From positions 1 to 37,867 of the forward strand of contig JBDKEO010000035.1 of NCBI GenBank assembly GCA_039795205.1: a stretch of DNA of 37,867 bases, written 5' to 3'. This DNA is from Actinomycetota bacterium (GTDB lineage: Bacteria > Actinomycetota > Acidimicrobiia > Acidimicrobiales > Ilumatobacteraceae). A program made the translations under genes and the position numbers. The notes below the pieces were generated by a model that was given only the letters and a program-made list of their open reading frames with translations, ran no database searches and was not told the origin of the DNA. Below, piece by piece: positions 36,493 to 37,867 of the stretch (the first letter of the stretch is position 1; each line of letters opens with the position of its first letter).

Positions 36493-37730
36493 TTATTCAC
36501 CGCGATACGCCAGGTCGTCCAGGCCAACAGGATTGACGCAAAGACGAGGGACGACAACGAGAGAGCGTGATAGCCGACTGCCGAACGGATGAAACCGCTC
36601 GAGAAACCAGCCAGTGCCCCACACCCACTCATGAGGAAGTCGGCGGCGCCTTGCGTGCGAATCCGCAATTCGATGGGGATCGAATCCACGAGCAAACTCG
36701 AACCACCGATCAACCCGAAACTCCATCCGATTCCGAGCAGCCACAGCGCAGGAAACAACAGCGTCGGCGATTCGCCCGACAATGCAGCCAACGCTGTAGC
36801 CGAAATGGTGAGACCTGCGCCCACCACGATGGTGGCCAGCCTGCCACGACGATCACTGAACCGACCTACGAGCGGACTGAATGCGAACATGCCGGCGATG
36901 TGCAAGGAGATCACGAATTGACTGATCGACTCGTGGCCGTGTTCCTTCATGTGTACCGGAGTCATGGTCATCACCGCGACCATGGTGGCCTGTGAAATCG
37001 CCATACTGCCGAAGGCGAGTTGAGCGAGACGTGACGAGCGCAACACTGCGAACATCTCCGCAAAGCCAGTCCTCGGCACCTCCCCCACCGACACGTCCGA
37101 GTTCTCTCGTTGCACATGCAGGGGGTCAGGTCGAAGGCGCAACAACGCGTTGACGAGCGAAGTCAGGAAGAACAAGCCGGCAAACACCCACGGCCCCGTG
37201 TATTGACGCCAACCGAACAACGCCACTCCGAGCTCCTGTGCCGGTTGGATCAACAGCGGACCGAACACCGCCCCGAATGTCGAAGCAAAAAGAATTCGAC
37301 TCATCGCACGACCACGCTCAGCAGGAAGCGCCAGATCGGTGGCCGCATAGCGAGAAAGCAAGTTTGCTGCCTGTCCATTACCGAAGAAGAACAAGCCCAC
37401 CAGGAAGACTGTGAGCGATTGTCGCTCTACCCCAAGCCCGGCGAGCAATCCTCCACCGATGGCAAGTCCATATCCCAATACGAGGCCAGAACGTCGCCCT
37501 CGTCCGCTCATTCTTCGCGCCAGTATTTGCGCCATGATCGCCGTGCCCATCGTCACCGTCGCGCTCGCGATTCCACCCCAGGGTGTCTTCTGTCCAAGGA
37601 TCTCCTGCACTACGAACGCACCGACCGTTACCGCAGCCGCGAGTGCCGCGGATCCCGCAACCTGCCCGAGCACGAGTACGCGCAACGTCCGCTGCTGGAT
37701 CAGTGCGATTTCATCGGCGGTATGACTCAT
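36489..37730 (-). CDS. MFS transporter
   Basis: About 413 aa, 12 predicted hydrophobic helices and an MFS loop-like motif (RRMSGRGRR). ATG at 37730 or GTG at 37736 could be the start. Its stop overlaps the convergent large-subunit stop (CTAG at 36489-36492). Confidence 0.8.
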   Translation of the reverse strand: MSHTADEIALIQQRTLRVLVLGQVAGSAALAAAVTVGAFVVQEILGQKTPWGGIASATVTMGTAIMAQILARRMSGRGRRSGLVLGYGLAIGGGLLAGLGVERQSLTVFLVGLFFFGNGQAANLLSRYAATDLALPAERGRAMSRILFASTFGAVFGPLLIQPAQELGVALFGWRQYTGPWVFAGLFFLTSLVNALLRLRPDPLHVQRENSDVSVGEVPRTGFAEMFAVLRSSRLAQLAFGSMAISQATMVAVMTMTPVHMKEHGHESISQFVISLHIAGMFAFSPLVGRFSDRRGRLATIVVGAGLTISATALAALSGESPTLLFPALWLLGIGWSFGLIGGSSLLVDSIPIELRIRTQGAADFLMSGCGALAGFSSGFIRSAVGYHALSLSSLVFASILLAWTTWRIAVNN

Positions 37731-37749
37731 GACCACACGAACCTAGCAA

Positions 37750-37836
37750 TGGTGTCGAAGGGGGGACTTGAACCCCCACGCCCTTTCGAGCGCCAGCCCC
37801 TCAAGCTGGTGCGTCTGCCAATTTCGCCACTTCGAC
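37750..37836 (-). tRNA. tRNA-Leu (anticodon GAG), class II with long variable arm, CCA encoded
   Basis: The reverse complement reads GTCGAAG TG GCG AAATTGGCAGA CGC A CCAGC TTGAGGG GCTGG CGCTCGAAAGGGCG T GGGGG TTCAAGT CCCCC CTTCGAC A CCA. That gives a 7-bp acceptor stem, 5-bp anticodon stem, GAG anticodon, 5-bp variable-arm stem and a canonical T-arm. Confidence 0.9.
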
Positions 37837-37867
37837 GTGCGAGAAATGCTACCTAGGCACGAACCTC

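Noticed and set aside
23799-37867. The catabolic cluster as a tRNA-Leu-associated genomic island
   Set aside because: I saw no integrase or recombinase, no IS element, and no direct repeat of the tRNA 3' end by eye. Codon style and gene packing look the same as in the housekeeping part. This can only be tested by comparative genomics.

Overview
GC-rich, very compact bacterial chromosomal segment. By my gene calls only about 0.7 kb of 37.9 kb is uncovered. Many neighbouring genes share 4-nt ATGA/GTGA stop-start overlaps, and several convergent gene pairs overlap at their 3' ends. Gene content looks like Actinomycetota (GTGA-coupled tkt-tal, DUF3151-like protein, GuaB1-type IMPDH-family enzyme, CtaA, a DUF3073-like small charged ORF). 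An Acidimicrobiia-like origin is a low-confidence guess. The first ~23 kb is mostly housekeeping: pentose-phosphate genes, a LOG-family nucleosidase, TypA/BipA, RNase D, a MobA-like protein, an M18 aminopeptidase, PlsC, Cmk, GuaB1-like, Sua5/TsaC, heme A synthase, a secreted PG-binding/M23 peptidase and a heterodimeric ABC exporter operon. The last ~14 kb (about 23.8-37.7 kb) is the part worth attention. It is a tightly coupled cluster with a class-III aminotransferase and TauE-type permease on one strand. On the other strand is an 8-gene operon: M20 carbamoylase-family amidase, nitrilase-fold N-carbamoyl-D-amino-acid hydrolase-like enzyme, a fused Fe-S/Moco (MOP/XdhD-like) hydroxylase, an N-terminally short SsnA-like amidohydrolase, an LLM-class oxidoreductase and a three-subunit FAD/Fe-S/Moco hydroxylase. 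An MFS transporter and tRNA-Leu(GAG) flank it. I read this as a candidate uncharacterised N-heterocycle (purine/pyrimidine/hydantoin-like) degradation system. It resembles the enterobacterial xdhD-ssnA-ygfM locus but has no visible selenium accessory genes. I saw no CRISPR array, IS element, integrase, rRNA or transcription-factor gene. All homology statements rest on motif recognition and remembered family sequences, not on database searches.
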